Part shown: in pieces, positions 63,201 through 64,000 of the stretch
Layout of the letters: the number at the start of each line of letters is the position of its first letter
Position numbering within the stretch: the stretch's first letter is position 1
Source: Vampirovibrio chlorellavorus
Lineage (GTDB): Bacteria; Cyanobacteriota; Vampirovibrionia; Vampirovibrionales; Vampirovibrionaceae
Direction of reading: 5' to 3'
Assembly (NCBI GenBank): GCA_003149345.1
Contig: QFWI01000031.1
Span: forward strand, 224,325-288,324
Length of the DNA stretch: 64,000 nt
The notes under the pieces: generated by a model
Database searches by the model: none
Told to the model about the DNA's origin: nothing
The model's input: the letters and a program-made list of their open reading frames with translations, nothing else
Position numbers and translations under genes: made by a program

Positions 63201-63370
63201 TGACCGAGGCTTTGGAGCATATTCAGGAAATCCCGGAAATGAGTACGGCCAGCACGTTCATTGATGCCGCCCCGCTCTCCCCGGTGGAAGGCGATACCGC
63301 CACCGAGTCGGGCGAGGTCACGGATGAAAACCGCCCCCGGAAAAAGCCCAGCAAGATCAACCCTTTTTAA
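60260..63370 (+). CDS. secA: preprotein translocase ATPase SecA
   Basis: 1036 aa. Contains MRTGEGKTLV (Walker A), DEVDSILIDEARTPLIISG and TNMAGRGTDI motifs, plus HSD/HWD domains. The C-terminus lacks a Cys-rich zinc finger. Confidence 0.97.
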   Translation: MFDLIRKILPDPNERKIKAREPIVDHINDLEAEMQALSDDELRGKTDYFRQMLAGRERGENEKRDRQLEKEMLDMILPEAFAVVREASRRVLNMRHFDVQLLGGMVLHDGGIAEMRTGEGKTLVATLPAYLNALTGKGVHVITVNDYLARRDAEWMGKVYNFLGLSTGMVLSQQRSFNAFADKKAAYAADITYGTNNEFGFDYLRDNMAGSKSQLVQRPFNFAIIDEVDSILIDEARTPLIISGRLEQSADMYRTMARIAPLLQSDRDYTVDEKGRNVVLTEEGIDRAQEILGVEDLFDIQHNMAHHMLQALKAKELFRLDVDYVVKNNEVVIVDEFTGRLMDGRRWSDGLHQAVEAKEGVAIQDETQTLASITFQNLFRLYPKLSGMTGTAQTEEAEFGKIYNLSVTTIPTNRSDRRNNLPDTIYKNERIKMLKVVEEIVEYHQLGRPVLVGTVSIEKSEEISRLLSKPVTLTQHLREKAARLLNSLDANKDAELYNKLAGKLRNPEAARPEDFTELAKDQPEDLAVFLEGLAKTLKTVIAIQNGLPHQVLNAKHHEQEAMIVAQAGRKGAITIATNMAGRGTDILLGGNADAMAKSEFELMGMDWRAVDPQDLEAAIARKKLLTDVEKEEVQAQGGLHIIGTERHESRRIDNQLRGRAARQGDPGSTHFFLSLEDGLMRKFGGDRISGMMDMLGVDETMPISAKMVSRAIEGAQRKVEAYYFDIRKNILQYDDVLTEQRQLIYDQRKKVLNGENLRDSIRHMVEQAMERIVTTHLPPNTTPEDWAEDVLAEMLNTIHGICPQLGPVVTVESLSGKSQAQVLEFVKTEGVKVYETLEAELSRISKELEASHGLNLAGLDEDDEAAASELENLPPEKVAEIKHPLRRIERDILLSVIDNRWIDYLHNLDGLREGIGLRAYGQKDPLIEYKREAFEMFQNLTYEIQRDTVMILFNTRIEIQMQRQMEEPAFSVDEEMHHTPLTEALEHIQEIPEMSTASTFIDAAPLSPVEGDTATESGEVTDENRPRKKPSKINPF

Positions 63371-63375
63371 GGTTT

Positions 63376-63519
63376 GGTAAGGCTGCCTTCTCAAGACGTT
63401 TGTCACTGTTTGAGTACAGCGAGTTAAAAAGAAGGCTTGGCAAATCTTGCCAGAAGCAATTCCACGGCTTGTCTGAGCTGTAAGCAGTTTTGCAAACGTC
63501 TTGTGAAGGCAGCCTTACC
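63376..63519 (+). repeat. ~145-nt imperfect palindromic element, copy B (family shared with 20818-20963)
   Basis: 27-nt arms at 63376-63402 / 63493-63519 with one mismatch. Inner cores ctgtttgagtacagcgagttaaaaagaaggc and gtctgagctgtaagcagttttgcaaa match copy A. It starts 6 nt after the secA stop. Confidence 0.85.
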
Positions 63520-63530
63520 TGAGATTTTTC

Positions 63531-63625
63531 GGAGTGGAATCTTTAGGGTGTTTTGAAAGGTGGACCGGCTCTGTCCTGGAAAAATCACATCACAGCAACC
63601 AAAAGATTCCACTCCCAGATTTTTT
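63531..63625 (+). terminator. second long hairpin with a T-run after secA
   Basis: Perfect 14-bp arms ggagtggaatcttt (63531-63544) / aaagattccactcc (63602-63615) around a 57-nt interior, followed by cagaTTTTTT (63620-63625). Confidence 0.45.
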
Positions 63626-63673
63626 AATCAGGCGATCATCGTTTCACGCACAAAATAAACAAAATAAGTGTTC

Positions 63674-64000
63674 ATGCATGCAAGTAACAGAGCATGGAAT
63701 AACGATTCTGTGAAAACGGGGCCTGGGACAGGATGGTCATTTAAATGGCCGTTCAAAAAAGAGAATACGAAGACCGGCAAGGGAGCGCTTAAGCGTTCGG
63801 AGGGCATTCAGCCCACCGAGCGAAAAATAAAGCGCCAATTAAGCCAGGATGTATATCAGGCTGAAAAGCAGCAGGTCAAAGCCCATAATCAACTCAGCCA
63901 GGCCATTCAAAAGCGCAATGAGGCCCAAAGCACCCTGAGCGAAAAATTGATAGAGGCGGGCAGCAAAAGCTCCATCCAGCGGGTGGGTATATCGGTTGCC
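63674..64000 (+). CDS. 5' part of a hypothetical Lys/Gln-rich (coiled-coil-like) protein gene that runs off the window
   Basis: The frame is open from ATG 63674 to the window end (109 codons: [37 protein letters not shown]..). There is no SD. It is absent from the ORF track because no stop is reached. Confidence 0.35.
   Translation, partial: MHASNRAWNNDSVKTGPGTGWSFKWPFKKENTKTGKGALKRSEGIQPTERKIKRQLSQDVYQAEKQQVKAHNQLSQAIQKRNEAQSTLSEKLIEAGSKSSIQRVGISVA

Noticed and set aside
63424-63612. 62-aa minus-strand ORF downstream of secA.
   Set aside because: It is made up of palindromic element B and the adjacent hairpin. It has no SD and its sequence reflects the repeats, not a protein.

Overview
This is a 64-kb chromosomal segment, moderately GC-rich by eye (not computed), densely coding on both strands and mostly housekeeping. 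I had no search tools, so every family call comes from motifs I recognise in the translated ORFs.

Gene content in order:
- A GH13-like gene tail, a sucrose-type symporter, an ABC-F ATPase and typA.
- A minus-strand RND efflux operon (TolC-like OMF, adaptor, AcrB-like pump, one unknown gene) next to an SLH-domain protein.
- gyrB, nth, an M23 peptidase and obg.
- A 7-kb stretch of lineage-specific hypothetical genes (20959-28183). It contains a type IV pilin-like gene, a TPR lipoprotein and a FlgM-like anti-sigma factor, and ends at tRNA-Ser(GGA).
- ligA, recJ and apt.
- An unusual zinc-ribbon / Gly-Pro-Gln-Arg low-complexity / tandem-HTH-like protein.
- sdaAB-sdaAA, an Ntn/GATase-II-like protein and dapB.
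- A compacted division/cell-wall cluster (ftsL-ftsI-murE-murC-murB-ddl-ftsQ), then rimO, a DUF4189-like protein and a YajQ-like protein.
- An ATP synthase operon in the cyanobacterial atp1 order (a-c-b'-b-delta-alpha-gamma, with no beta/epsilon), then secA.

The operon layout, the SLH protein and the FlgM-like gene suggest a cyanobacteria-related, possibly non-photosynthetic lineage. This is inference only.

I saw no rRNA, CRISPR array, transposase, integrase or recognisable defence system.

The most notable non-standard signals are:
- A dispersed ~145-nt palindromic element found just after the obg and secA stop codons, with compensatory arm substitutions between the two copies.
- The prion-like/RGG-like zinc-ribbon protein with two homeodomain-like modules.
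- A Fur-box-like operator overlapping a near-consensus promoter.
- An orphan intrinsic terminator in a 600-bp spacer, which may mark a small RNA.
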